In this document: piece after piece, positions 1 through 15,000 of the stretch | Layout: each line of letters begins with the position of its first letter | Numbering within the stretch: position 1 is the first letter of the stretch | Assembly (NCBI RefSeq): GCF_009914755.1 | Contig: NC_060933.1 | DNA length: 64,000 nucleotides | Direction: 5' to 3' (one strand) | From: the human T2T-CHM13v2.0 reference genome, Homo sapiens | Made by a program: the position numbers and the translations under genes | The notes under the pieces: generated by a model | Database searches by the model: none | Told to the model about the DNA's origin: nothing | The model's input: the letters and a program-made list of their open reading frames with translations, nothing else

Positions 1-1597
1 GTGGAATGGCATGGAATGGAATGGAATGGAATGGAATGGAATGAACCCGTGTGCAATGGAATGGAATGGAATGGAATGGAATGGAATGGAATGGAATGGA
101 TTCAACTCGAATGGAATGGAAGGGAAAGGAATCAACCCGAGTGGAATGGCATGGAATGGAGTGGAATGGAATGCAACGGAATGGAATGGAATAGAATGGA
201 ATGGAATGGAATAGTACAGAATAAAATGGAATGGAACGAAATGGAATGGAATGAAATGGAATGGAATGGAATGGAATGGAATGGAATGGAATGGTATGGA
301 AAGGAATGGAATGGAATGGTACGGAATATAATGGAATGGAACGAAATGGAATGGAATGAAATGGAATGGAATGGAATGGAATCAACCCGAGTGCAGGGGA
401 ATGGAATGGAATTGAAGGCAATGGAATGGAATCATCCGGAATTGAATGGAATGGAATGGAATCAACTCGATTGCAATGGAATGGAATGGAATGGAATGGA
501 ATGGAATGGAATGGAATTAACCCGAATAGAATGGAATGGAATGGAATGGAATGGAATGGAATCAACTCGATTTCAATGGAATGGAATGGAATGGAATGGA
601 ATGGAATTGAATGGAATGGAATGGAATAGAATGGAACGGAATGAAATGGAAAGGAATGGAATGGAATGGAATGGAATGGAATGGAATCAACCCGAGTGCA
701 GGGGAATGGAATGGAATTGAAGGCAATGGAATGGAATCATCCGGAATGGAATGGAATGGAATGGAATCAACTCGATTGCAATGGAATGGAATGGAATGCA
801 ATGGAATGGAATGGAATGGAATGGAATGGAATTAATCCGAATAGAATGTAATAGAATGGAATGGAATGGAATGGAAGTAAATGGAATGGAATGGAATGAA
901 CCCGAGTGCAGGGGAATGGAATGGAATGGAATGGAATGGAATGGAATGGAATGCAGTGGAATGGAATCAAACCTAGTGCAATTGAACGGAATGGAATGGA
1001 ATGGAATGGAATGGAATGGAATGGAATGGATTCAACCCAAATGGAATGGAAAGCAATGGAATCAACCCGAGTGGAATGGCATGGAATGGAATGGAATGGA
1101 ATGGAATGGAATGGAATGGAATGGAATGGTACGGAATAAAATGGAATGGAACGAAATGGAATGGAATGGAATGGAATGGAACGGAATGGAATGGAATCAT
1201 TCCGAGTGGAATAGAAGGGAATGAATTCGAGTGGAATGGAAAGGAATGGAATCAACCAGAGTGGAATGGAAGGGAATGGAATGGAATGGAAACTAATAAA
1301 ATGGAATCAACACGAGTGGAATGGAATGGAAAGGACTTGAATGGAATGGAATGGAATGGAATGGAATCAAGTCCATTGCAATGGAATGTAATGGAATGGA
1401 GTGGAATGGAATTAACGCGAATAGAATGGAATGGAATGGAATGGAATGGAATGGAATGGAATGGAATGGAATGGAATCAACCTGAGTGCAGGGGAATGGA
1501 ATGCAATGGAATGCAATGGAACGCAATGGAATGGAATGGAATGGAATGGAATCAAAGCGAGTGCAGGGGAATGGAATGTAATGGAATGCAATGGAAT

Positions 1598-1612
1598 GGA
1601 ATCTTCCGGAAT
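1598..1612. promoter_or_regulatory. Perfect 3-unit heat shock element-like motif (gGAAt cTTCc gGAAt), representative of block 1 copies
   Basis: Matches nGAAn-nTTCn-nGAAn. Other block 1 copies are at 3035, 4554, 19562, 23616 and 24459. This is a motif match only; function is not shown. Confidence 0.55.
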
Positions 1613-1839
1613 GGAATGGAAAGGAATGGAATCAACCCGAGTGCAATGGAATGGAGAGGAATGGAATGGAAACTACCCAAATGGAATGGAATGTAATGGA
1701 GTGTAAGGGAATTGAATAGAATCAATCCGAATGTAATGGAATGGAATGGCACGGAATGGAATGGAATGGAATGGAATGCAATGGAATGGAACGGAATGGA
1801 ACGGAATGGAATGGAATGGAAAGGTATGGAATGGAATGG

Positions 1840-4050
1840 AATGGAATCAACCCGAGTGCAATGGAATGGAGTGGAATGGAATGGAATGGAATGGAACAAC
1901 CCGAATGGAATGGAATGGAATGGAGAGTAAGAGAGTTGAATAGAATCAGTCCGAATGTAATGGAATGGAATGCAACGGAATGGAATGGAATGGAATGGAA
2001 TGGAATGGAATGAAATGGAATGGAATCAACCCGAGTACAATGGAATGGAATGGAATGGAATGGAATGGAATGGAACGGAATGGAATGGAATGCCTTCAAA
2101 CCGAATGGAATGGAAAGGAATGGAATCAACAAGAGTGGAATGGAATGGAATGGAATGGAAAGGAATGGAATGGAATGGAATGGTACGGAATAGTATGGAA
2201 TGGAAGGAAATGGAATGGAATGGAATGGAATGGAATGGAAAGGAATGGAATGGAATCGTTCCGAGTGGAATAGGAGGGAATGTATTCGAGTGGAATGGAA
2301 AGGAATGGAATCAACCAGAGTGGAATGGAAGGGAATGGAATGGAATGGAAACTAATAGAATGGAATCAACCCGAGTGGAATGGAATGGAAAGGACTGGAA
2401 TGGAATGGAATGGAATGATCAACTCGATTGTAATAGAATGGAATGGAATGGAATGGAATGGAATGAAATGGCATGGAATGGAATTAACTCGAATACAATG
2501 GAATGGAATGGAATGCAAGGGAATGGAGTGGAATGGAATGGAATCAACCCGAGTGCAGGGAAATGGAATGGAATGGAATGCAATGGAATGGAATCATCCG
2601 GAATGGAATGGAATGGAATGGAATGCAAAGCAATGGAATCAACTCGATTGCAATGGAATGGAATGGAATGGAAAGGAATAGAATGGAATCAACCCGAGTG
2701 GAATGGAATGGAAAGGACTGGAATGGAGTGGAATGGAATGGAATGGAATGGAATGGAATCAACTCGATTGGAATGGAATGGAATGGAATGGAATGGAATG
2801 GAATGGAATGGAATCAACTCGATTGCAATCGAATGGAATGGAATGGAATTAACCCGAATAGAATGGAATGGAATGGAATGGAACGGAACGGAATGGAATG
2901 GAATGGAATGGAATGGAATGGAATGAAATGGAACGGAACGGAACGGAACGGAACGGAATGGAATGGAATGGAATGGAATGGAATGGAATCAACGCGAGTG
3001 CAGGGGAATGGAATGGAATGGAATGCAATGGAATGGAATCTTCCGGAATGGAATGGAATGGAATGGAATGGAATGAAATGCAATGGATTCAACTCGATTG
3101 CAATGGAAGGGAATGGAATGGAATGGAATGAAATGCAATGGATTCAACTCGATTGCAATGGAATGGAATACATTGGAATGGAATGGAATGGAATGGAATG
3201 GAATGGAATGGAATGGAATGGAATTAACCCGAATAGAATGGAATGGAATGGAATGGAACGGAATGGAACGAAATGGAATGGAATGGAATGGAATGGAATG
3301 GAATGGAATGGTATGGAATGGAATGGAATGGTACGGAATAGAATGGAATGGAACGAATTGTAATGGCATGGAATGGAATGGAATGGAATGGAATGGAATG
3401 GAATCAACGCGAGTGCAGGGGAATGTAATGGAACGGAATGCAATGGAATGGAATCATCCGGAATGGAATGGAATGGAATGGAATGGAATGGAATCAACCC
3501 GAGTGCAATGGAATGGAGTGGAATGGAATGGAATGAAATGGAACAACCCGAATGGAATGGAATGTAATGGAGAGTAAGGGAGTTGAATAGAATCAATCCG
3601 AATGTAATGGAATGCAATGCAACGGATTGGAATGGAATGGAATGGGATGGAATGCAATGGAATGGAATCAACCCGAGTACAATGGAATGGAATGGAATGG
3701 AATGGAATGGAATGGAATGCCTTCAAACCGAATGGAATGGAAAGGAATGGAATCAACACGAGTGGAATGGAATGGAATGGAATGGAATGGAATGCAATGG
3801 AATGATACGGAATAGAATGTAATGGAACGAAATGGAATGGAATGGAATGGAATGGAATGGAATGGAATGGAATGGAATGGAATGGAATCGTTCCGAGTGG
3901 AATAGGAGGGAATGTATTCGAGTGGAATGGAAAGGAATGGAATCACCCAGAGTGGAATGGAAGAGAATGGAATGGAATGGAAACTAATAGAATGGAATCA
4001 ACCCGAGTGGAATGGAATGGAAAGGACTGGAATGGAATGGAATGGAATGG
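1840..4050 (+). repeat. ~2.2 kb segment, direct paralog of ~49920-52130
   Basis: Rare variants shared in the same order: gtaagagagttgaatagaatcagtccg, ggaaggaaat, gattgtaatagaat, gaaatggcatgg, gtgcagggaaat, doubled gaaatgcaatggattcaactcgattgc, aacggattgg, gggatggaatgc, tagaatgtaatggaacga. Confidence 0.85.
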
Positions 4051-7000
4051 AATCAACCCGAGTGCAATGGAATGGATTCGAATGGAATGGACTGGAATGG
4101 AATGGATTCAACAAGAATGGAATGGAAAGGAATGGATTCAACCCGAGTGTAATGGCATGGAATGGAACGGAATGGAATGGGATGGAATAGAATGGTACGG
4201 AATAGAATGGAATGGAATGAAATGGAATGGAATGGAATGGAATGGAATGGAATGGAATGGAATCAACTCGATTGCAATCGAATGGAATGGAATGGAATTA
4301 ACCCGAATAGAATGGAATGGAATGGAATGGAATGGAACGGAATGGAATGGAATGGAATGGAATGGAATGGAATGGAATGGAATTGAACGGAACGGAATGG
4401 AATGGAATGGAATGGAATGGAATCAACGCGAGTGCAGGGGAATGGAATGGAATGGAATGGAATTGAACGGAACGGAATGGAATGGAATGGAATGGAATGG
4501 AATGGAATCAACGCGAGTGCAGGGGAATGGAATGGAATAGAATGCAATGGAATGGAAACTTCCGGAATGGAATGGAATGGAATGGAATGGAATGAAATGC
4601 AATGGATTCAACTCGATTGCAATGGAATGGAATAGAATGGAATGGAATGGAATGGAATGGAATTAATCCGAATAGAATGGAATGGAATGGAAAGGAACAG
4701 AACGGAACGGAATGGAATGGAATGGAATGGAATGGTATGTAATGGAATGGAATGGTACGGAATAGAATGGAATGGAACGAATTGCAATGGAATGGAATTG
4801 AATGGAATGGAATGGAATGGAAACAACGCGAGTGCAGGGGAATGTAATGGAACGGAATGCAATGGAATGGAATCACGCGGAATGGAATGGAATGGAATGG
4901 AATGGAATGGAATGGAATCAACCCGAGTGCAATGGAATGGAGTGGAATGGAATGGAATGGAATGGAACAACCCGAATGGAATGGAATGTAATGGAGAGTA
5001 AGGGAGTTGAATAGAATCAATCCGAATGTAATGGAATGGAATGCAACGGAATGGAATGGAATGGAATGGAATGGAATGCAATGGAATGGAATCAACTCGA
5101 GTACAATGGAATGGAATGGAATGGAATTGAATGCAATGGAATGGAATCAACTCGAGTACAATGGAATGGAATGGAATGGAATGGAAGGGAATGGAATGGA
5201 ATGGAATGGAATGGAATGGAATGCCTTCAAACCGAATGGAATGGAAAGGAATGGAATCACCACGAGTGGAATGGAATGGAATGGAAAGGAATGGAATGGA
5301 ATAGAATGGTACGGAATAGAATGGAATGGAACGAACTGGAATGGAATGGAATGGAATGGAATGGAATGGAATGGAATGGAATGGAATGGAATGGAATCGT
5401 TCTGAGTGGAATAGGAGGGAATGTATTCGAGTGGAATGGAAAGGAATGGAATCAACCAGATTGGAATGGAAGGGAATGGAATGGAATGGAAACTAATAGA
5501 ATGGAATCAACCCGAGTGGAATGGAATGGAAAGGACTGGAATGGAATTGAATGGAATGGAATTGAATGGAATCAACTACATTGTAATGGAATGGAATGGA
5601 ATGGAATGGAATGGAATTAACCCGAATACAATGGAATGGACTAGAATGGAACGGAATGGAGTGGAATGGAATGGAATCAACCCGAGTGCAGGGGAATGGA
5701 ATGGAATGGAACGCAATGGAATGGAATCATCCGGAATGGAATGGAATGGAATGGAATGCAAAGCAATGGAATCAACTCGATTGCAATGGAATGGAATGGA
5801 ATGGAAAGGAATAGAACGGAATCAACCCGAGTGTAATGGAATGGAAAGGACTGGAATGGAGTGGAATGGAATGGAATGGAATGGAATGGAATCAACTCGA
5901 TTGGAATGGAATGGAATGGAATGGAAAGGAATGGAATCGAATTAACCCGAATGGAATGGAATGGAATGGAATGGAACGGAACGGAATGGAATGGAATGGA
6001 ATGGAATCAACTCGATTGCAATCGAATGGAATGGAATGGAATTAACCCGAATAGAATGGAATGGAATGCAATGGAACGGAATGGAACGGAACGGAATGGA
6101 ATGGAATGGAATGGAATGGAATGGAATGGAATGGAATCAACGCGAGTGCAGGGGAATGTAATGGAACGGAATGCAATGGAACGGAATCATCCGGAATGGA
6201 ATGGAATGGAATGGAATGGAATGCAATCAACCCGAGTGCAATGGAATGGAGTGGAATGGAATGGAATGGAATGGAACAACCCGAATGGAATGGAATGTAA
6301 TGGAGAGTAAGGGAGTTGAATAGAATCAACCCGAATGTAATGGAATGGAATGCAACGGATTGGAATGGAATGGAATGCAATGGAATGGAATCAACCCGAG
6401 TACAATGGAATGGAATGGAATGGAATGGAATGGAATGGAATGCCTTCAAACCGAATGGAATGGAAAGGAATGGAATCAACACGAGTGGAATGTAATGGAA
6501 TGGAATGGAAGGGAATGGAATGGAATGGAATGGAATGATACGAAACAGAATGGAATGGAACGAAATGGAATGGAATGGAATGGAATGGAATGGAATGGAA
6601 TGGAATGGAATCGTTCCAAGTAGAATAGGAGGGAATGTATTCGAGTGGAATGGAAAGGAATGGAATCAACCAGAGTGGAATGGAAGAGAATGGAATGGAA
6701 TGGAAACTAATAGAATGGAATCAACCCGAGTGGAATGGAATGGAAAGGACTGGAATGGAATAGAATGGAATGGAATGGAATGAAATGGAATGGAATCAAC
6801 ACGATTGGAATGGAATGTAATGGAATGGAATGGAATGAAATGGAATGGAATCAACTCGATTGCAATGGAATGGAATGGAATGGAATGAAATGGAATGGAA
6901 TTAACCCGAATACAATGGAATGGAATGGAATGGAATGGTACGGAAAGGAGTGGAATGGAATGGAATCAACCAGATTGCAGGGGAATGGAATTGAATGGAA

Positions 7001-7420
7001 TGCAATGGAATGGAATCATCCGGAATGGAATGGAATGGAATGGAATGCAAAGCAATGGAATCAACTCGATTGCAATGGAATGGAATGGAATGGAAAGGAA
7101 TACATTGGAATCACCCCGAGTGGAATGGAAAGGAAAGGACTGGAATGGAGTGGAATGGAATGGAATGGAATGGAATGCAATCAACTCGATTGGAATGGAA
7201 TGGAATGGAATGGTACGGAATAGAATGGAATGGAACGAATTGTAATGGAATGGAATTTAATGGAATGGAATGGAATCAACGCGAGTGCAGGGGAATGTAA
7301 TGGAACGGAATGCAATGGAATGGAATGGAATGGAAAGGAATACATTGGAATCAACCCGAGTGGAATGGAATGGAAAGGACTGCAATGGAGTGGAATGGAA
7401 TGGAATGGAATGGAATGGAA

Positions 7421-10400
7421 TCAACTCGATTGGAATGCAATGGAATGGAATGGTACGGAATAGAATGGAATGGAACGAATTGTAATGGAATGAAATTGAA
7501 TGGAATGGAATGGAATGGAATGGAATCAACGCGAGTGCAGGGGAATGTAATGGAACGGAATGCAATGGAATGGAATCATCCGGAATGGAATGGAATGGAA
7601 TGGAATGGAATGGAATCAACCCGAGTGCAATGGAATGGAGTGTAATGGAATGAAATGGAATGGAACAACCCGAATGGAATGGAATGTAATGGAGAGTAAG
7701 GGAGTTGAATAGAATCAATCCGAATGTAATGGAATGGAATGCAACGCAATGGAATGGAATGGAATGGAATGGAATGCAATGGAATGGAATCAACCGGAGT
7801 ACAAAGGAATGGAATGGAATGGAATGGAATGGAATGGAATGGAATGATACGGAATAGAATGGAATGGAACGAAATGGTATGGAATGGAATAGAATGCAAT
7901 GGAATGGAATGGAATTGTTCCGAGGGAATAGGAGGGAATGTATTCGAGTGGAATGGAAAGGAATGGAATCAACCAGAGTGGAATGAAAGGGAATGGAATG
8001 GAATGGAAACTAATAGAATGGAATCAACCCGAGTGGAATGGAATGGAAAGGACTGGAATGGAATGGAATGGAATGGAATGGAATGGAATGGAATTAACAC
8101 GAATACAATGGAATGGAATGGAATGGAACGGAATGGAGTGGAATGCAATGGAATCAACCCGAGGGCAGGGGAATGGAATGGAATGGAATGCAATGGAATG
8201 CAATCATCCGGAATGGAATGGAATGGAATGGAATGCAAAGCAATGGAATCAACTCGATTGCAATGGAATGGAATGGAATGGAAAGGAATACATTGGAATC
8301 AACCCGAGTGGAATGGAATGGAAAGGACTGGAATGGAGTGGAATGGAATGGAATGGAATGGAATGGAATGGAATGGAATCAACTCGATTGGAATGGAATG
8401 GAATGGAATGGAATGGAATGGAATTAACCCGAGTAGAATGGAATGGAATGGAATGGAACGGAACGGAACGGAACGGAACGGAATGGAATGGAATGGAACA
8501 GAACGGAACGGAATGGAATGGAATGGAAAGGAATCAACGCGAGTGCAGGGGAATGGAATGGAATGGAATGAAATGGAATGGAATCTGCCAGAATGGAATG
8601 GAATGGAATGGAATAGAATGGAATGGAATGGAATGGAATGGAATCAACCCGAGTACAGGGGAATGGAATGGAATGTAATGCAATGGAATGGAATCATCCG
8701 TAATGGAATGGAAAGGAATGGAATGGAATGGAATGGAATGCAATGGATTCAACTCGATTGCAATGAAATGGAATAGAATGGAATGGAATGGAATGGAATG
8801 GAATGGAATGGAATTAACCCGAATAGAATGGAATGGAATGGTATGGAACGGAACGGAACGGAACGGAACCGAATGGAATGGAATGGAATGGAATGCAATG
8901 GAATGGAATGGAATTGTATGGAATGGAATGGAATGGTACAGAATAGAATGGAATGGAAAGAATTGCAATGGAATGGAATCGAATGGAATGGAATCGAATG
9001 GAATGGAATGGAATGGAATGGAATGGAATGGAATGGAACCAACCCGAGTGCAATGGAATGGATTGGAATGCAATGGAATGGAATGGAACAACCCGAATGG
9101 AATGGAATGTAATGGAGAGTAAGGGAGTTGAATAGAATCAATCCGAATGTAATGGAATGGAATGGAACGGAATGGAATGGAATGGAATTGAATGGAATGC
9201 AATGGAATGGAATCAACCCGAGTACAATGGAATGGAATGGAAAGGAATGGAATGGAATGGAATGGAATGGAATGGAATGGAATGGAATCAACCCGAGTGC
9301 AATGGAATAGAGAGGAAAGGAATGGAATGGAATGGAAACTACCCGAATGGCATGGAATGTAATGAAGTGTAAGGGAATTGAATAGAATCATTCCGAATGG
9401 CATGGAATGTAATGGAACGGAATGTAATGTAATGGACTGGAATGGAATCAACCCCAGTGCAGGGGAATGGAATGGAATGGAATGCAATGGAATGGAATCA
9501 TCCGGAATGGAATGGAATGGAATGGAATGGAATCAACCCGAGTGCAAAGGAATGGAGTGAAATGGAATGGAATGGAATGGAAACAACCAGAATGGATTGG
9601 AATATAATGGAGTGTAAGGGAATTGAATAGAATCAATCTGAATGTAATGAAATGGAATGGAACGGAATGGAATGGAATGGAATGGAATGGAATGGAATGG
9701 AATGCAATGGAATGGAATCAACCCGAGTGCAATCGAATGGAATCGAATGGAATGGAATGCAATGGAATGGATTCAACTTGAATGGAAAGGAAAGAATGGA
9801 ATCAACACGAGTGGAATGGCATGGATTGGAATGGAATGGAATGGAATCAACCCGAGTACAGGAGAATGGAATGGAATGGAATGCAATGGAATAGAATCAT
9901 CCGTAATGGAATGGAAAGGAATGGAATGGAATGGAATGGAATGGAATGGAATCAACTCGATTGCAATCGAATGGAATGGAATGGAATTAACGCGAATAGA
10001 ATGGAATGGAATGGAATGGAACGGAACGGAATGGAATGGAATGGAACGGAAAGGAATGGAATGGAATGGAATGGAATGGAATGGAATGGAATCAACGCGA
10101 GTGCAGGGGAATGGAATGGAATCGAATGGAAAGGAATTGAATGGAATGGAATCAACCCGAGTGCAGGGGAATATAATGGAACGGAATGCAACGGAATGGA
10201 ATCATCCGGAATGGAATGGAATGGAATGGAATGCAAAGCAATGGAATCAACTCGATTGCAATGGAATGGAATGGAATGGAAAGGAATAGAATGGAATCAA
10301 CCCGAGTGTAATGGAATGGAAAGGACTGGAATGGAGTGGAATGGAATGGAATGGAATGGAATGGAATGGAATGGAATGGAATCAACTGGATTGGAATGGA

Positions 10401-13400
10401 ATGGAATGGAATGGAATGGAATGGAATTAACCCGAATAGAATGGAATGGAATGGAATGGAACGGAATGGAATGGAATGGAATGGAATGGAATGGAATCAA
10501 CCCGACTGCAGGGGAATGGAATGGAATGGAATGGAATGGAATGGAATCATCCGGAACGGAATGGAATGGAATGGAATGGAATCAACTCGATTGCAATGGA
10601 ATGGAAGGGAATGGAAAGGAATCGAATGTAATGGAATGGAATTAACCGGAATAGAATGGAATGGAATGGAATGGAATGGAATGGAATGGAATGGAATGGA
10701 ATCAACCCGAGTGCAGGGGAATGGAATGGAATGGAATGCAATAGAATGGAATCATCCGGAATGGAATTGAATGGAATGGAATGCCATCAACGTGATGCAA
10801 TGGAATGGAGTGGAATGGAATGGAATGGAATGGAAACATCCCGAATGGAATGGAATGTAATGGAGGGTGAGGGAATTGAATAGAATCAATCCGAATGTAA
10901 TGGAATGGAATGGAATGAAATGGAACGGAATGGAATGGAATGGAATCAACCCGAGTGCAATGGAATGGATTCGAATGGAATGGAATGGAATGGAATGGAT
11001 TCAACAAGAATGGAATGGAAAGGAATGGATTCAACCCGAGTGTAATGGCATGGAATGGAACGGAATGGAATGGGATGGAATAGAATGGTACGGAATAGAA
11101 TGGAATGGAATGAAATGGAATGGAATGGAATGGAATGGAATGGAATGGAATGGAATGGAATCAACTCGATTGCAATCGAATGGAATGGAATGGAATTAAC
11201 CCGAATAGAATGGAATGGAATGGAATGGAATGGAACGGAATGGAATGGAATGGAATGGAATGGAATGGAATGGAATGGAATGGAATTGAACGGAACGGAA
11301 TGGAATGGAATGGAATGGAATGGAATGGAATCAACTCGATTGGAATGGAATGGAATGGAATGGTACGGAATAGAATGGAATGGAACGAATTGTAATGGAA
11401 TGATATTGAATGGAATGGAATGGAATGGAATGGAATCAACGCGAGTGCAGGGGAATGTAATGGAACGGAATGCAATGGAATGGAATCATCCGGAATGGAA
11501 TGGAATGGAATGGAATGGAATGGAATCAACCCGAGTGCAATGGAATGGAGTGGAATGGAATGGAATGGAATGGAACAACCCGAATGGAATGGAATGTAAT
11601 GGAGAGTAAGGGAGTTGAATAGAATCAATCCGAATGTAATGGAATGGAATGCAACGGAATGGAATGGAATGGAATGGAATGGAATGCAATGGAATGGAAT
11701 CAACCGGAGTACAATGGAATGGAATGGAATGGAATGGAATGGAATGGAATGGAATGATACGGAATAGAATGGAATGGAACGAAATGCTATGGAATGGAAT
11801 AGAATGCAATGGAATGGAATGGAATTGTTCCGAGGGAATAGGAGGGAATGTATTCGAGTGGAATGGAAAGGAATGGAATCAACCAGAGTGGAATGGAAGG
11901 GAATGGAATGAAATGGAAACTAATAGAATGGAATCAACCCGAGTGGAATGGAATGGAAAGGACTGGAATGGAATGGAATGGAATGGAATGGAATGGAATG
12001 GAATTAACCCGAATACAATGGAATGGAATGGAATGGAACGGAATGGAGTGGAATGGAATGGAATCAACCCGAGGGCAGGGGAATGGAATGGAATGGAATG
12101 CAATGGAATGCAATCATCCGGAATGGAATGGAATGGAATGGAATGCAAAGCAATGGAATCAACTCGATTGCAATGGAATGGAATGGAATGGAAAGGAATA
12201 CATTGGAATCAACCCGAGTGGAATGGAATGGAAAGGACTGGAATGGAGTGGAATGGAATGGAATGGAATGGAATGGAATGGAATCAACTCGATTGGAATG
12301 GAATGGAATGGAATGGAATGGAATGGAATGGAATTAACCCGAGTAGAATGGAATGGAATGGAATGGAACGGAACGGAACGGAACGGAACGGAATGGAATG
12401 GAATGGAACAGAACGGAACGCAATGGAATGGAATGGAAAGGAATCAACGCGAGTGCAGGGGAATGAAATGGAATGGAATGAAATGGAATGGAATCTGCCA
12501 GAATGGAATGGAATGGAATGGAATAGAATGGAATGGAATGGAATGGAATGGATTCAACCCGAGTACAGGGGAATGGAATGGAATGTAATGCAATGGAATG
12601 GAATCATCCGTAATGGAATGGAAAGGAATGGAATGGAATGGAATGGAATGCAATGGATTCAACTCGATTGCAATGAAATGGAATAGAATGGAATGGAATG
12701 GAATGGAATGGAATGGAATGGAATAGAATGGAATTAACCCAAATACAATGGAATGGAATGGTATGGAACGGAACGGAACGGAACGGAACCGAATGGAATG
12801 GAATGGAATGGAATGGAATGGAATGGAATGGAATTGTATGGAATGGAATGGAATGGTACAGAATAGAATGGAATGGAAAGAATTGGAATGGAATGGAATC
12901 GAATGGAATGGAATCGAATGGAATGGAATGGAATGGAATGGAATGGAATGGAATGGAACCAACCCGAGTGCAATGGAATGGATTGGAATGGAATGGAATG
13001 GAATGGAACAACCCGAATGGAATGGAATGTAATGGAGAGTAAGGGAGTTGAATAGAATCAATCCGAATGTAATGGAATGGAATGGAACGGAATGGAATGG
13101 AATGGAATTGAATGGAATGCAATGGAATGGAATCAACACGAGTACAATGGAATGGAATGGAAAGGAATGGAATGGAATGGAATGGAATGGAATGGAATGG
13201 AATGGAATCAACCCGAGTGCAATGGAATAGAGAGGAAAGGAATGGAATGGAATGGAAACTACCCGAATGGCATGGAATGTAATGAAGTGTAAGGGAATTG
13301 AATAGAATCAATCCGAATGGCATGGAATGTAATGGAACGGAATGTAATGTAATGGACTGGAATGGAATCAACCCGAGTGCAGGGGAATGGAATGGAATGG

Positions 13401-15000
13401 AATGCAATGGAATGGAATCATCCGGAATGGAATGGAATGGAATGGAATGGAATCAACCCGAGTGCAAAGGAATGGAGTGAAATGGAATGGAATGGAATGG
13501 AAACAACCAGAATGGATTGGAATATAATGGAGTGTAAGGGAATTGAATAGAATCAATCTGAATGTAATGAAATGGAATGGAACGGAATGGAATGGAATGG
13601 AATGGAATGGAATGGAATGCAATGGAATGGAATCAACCCGAGTGCAATCGAATGGAATCGAATGGAATGGAATGCAATGGAATGGATTCAACTTGAATGG
13701 AAAGGAAAGAATGGAATCAACACGAGTGGAATGGCATGGATTGGAATGGAATGGAATGGAATCAACCCGAGTACAGGAGAATGGAATGGAATGGAATGCA
13801 ATGGAATAGAATCATCCGTAATGGAATGGAAAGGAATGGAATGGAATGGAATGGAATGGAATGGAATGGAATGGAATGGAATCAACTCGATTGCAATCGA
13901 ATGGAATGGAATGGAATTAACGCGAATAGAATGGAATGGAATGGAATGGAACGGAAAGGAATGGAATGGAATGGAACGGAAAGGAATGGAATGGAATGGA
14001 ATGGAATGGAATGGAATGGAATGGAATGGAATCAACCCGAGTGCAGGGGAATGTAATGGAACGGAATGCAATGGAATAGAATCATCCGGAATGGAATGGA
14101 ATGGAATGGAATGCAAAGCAATGGAATCAACTCGATTGCAATGGAATGGAATGGAATGGAAAGGAATAGAATGGAATCAACCCGAGTGTAATGGAATGGA
14201 AAGGACTGGAATGGAGTGGAATGGAATGGAATGGAATGGAATGGAATGGAATGGAATGGAATTAACCCGAATAGAATGGAATGGAATGGAATGGAACGGA
14301 ATGGAATGGAATGGAATGGAATGAAATGGAATGGAATCAACCCGACTGCAGGGGAATGGAATGGAATGGAATGGAATGGAATGGAATGGAATCATCCGGA
14401 ACGGAATGGAATGGAATGGAATGGAATCAACTCGATTGCAATGGAATGGAAGGGAATGGAATGGAATCGAATGTAATGGAATGGAATTAACCGGAATAGA
14501 ATGGAATGGAATGGAATGGAATGGAATGGAATGGAATGGAATGGAATGGAATGGAATGGAATCAACCCGAGTGCAGGGGAATGGAATGGAATGGAATGCA
14601 ATAGAATGGAATCATCCGGAATGGAACGGAATGGAATGGAATGCCATCAACCTGATGCAATGGAATGGAGTGGAATGGAATGGAATGGAATGGAAACATC
14701 CCGAATGGAATGGAATGTAATGGAGTGTAACGGAATTGAATAGAATCAATCCGAATGTAATGGAATGGAATGGAATGAAATGGAACGGAATGGAATGGAA
14801 TGGAATCAACCCGAGTGCAATGGAATGGATTCGAATGGAATGGAATGGAATGGAATGGATTCAACAAGAATGGAATGGAAAGGAATGGATTCAACCCGAG
14901 TGTAATGGCATGGAATGGAACGGAATGGAATGCGATGGAATAGAATGGTACGGAATAGAATGGAATGGAATGAAATGGAAAGGAATGGAATGGAATGGAA
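7421..15000 (+). repeat. ~3.9 kb tandem duplication (copy 1 ~7421-11330, copy 2 ~11331-15000)
   Basis: Private variants recur at an offset of ~3860-3920: ggaattgttccgagggaata (7911/11821), gagggcagggg (8161/12071), gaatctgccagaat (8581/12491), aacaaccagaatggattggaatataat (9582/13502), atgccatcaac (10781/14641). The ORF track also repeats at +3910 (7739/11649, 7938/11848). Confidence 0.9.

Noticed and set aside
391-400. G-quadruplex at GTGCAGGGG
   Set aside because: Isolated single G4 runs. Surrounding tracts are only GG, so there is no canonical four-tract G3+ motif.
3584-3600. DUX4-like site in TGAATAGAATCAAT
   Set aside because: Does not match the TAAYYBAATCA-type consensus at the first half-site. 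DUX4 binding is established for HSATII, not shown here.
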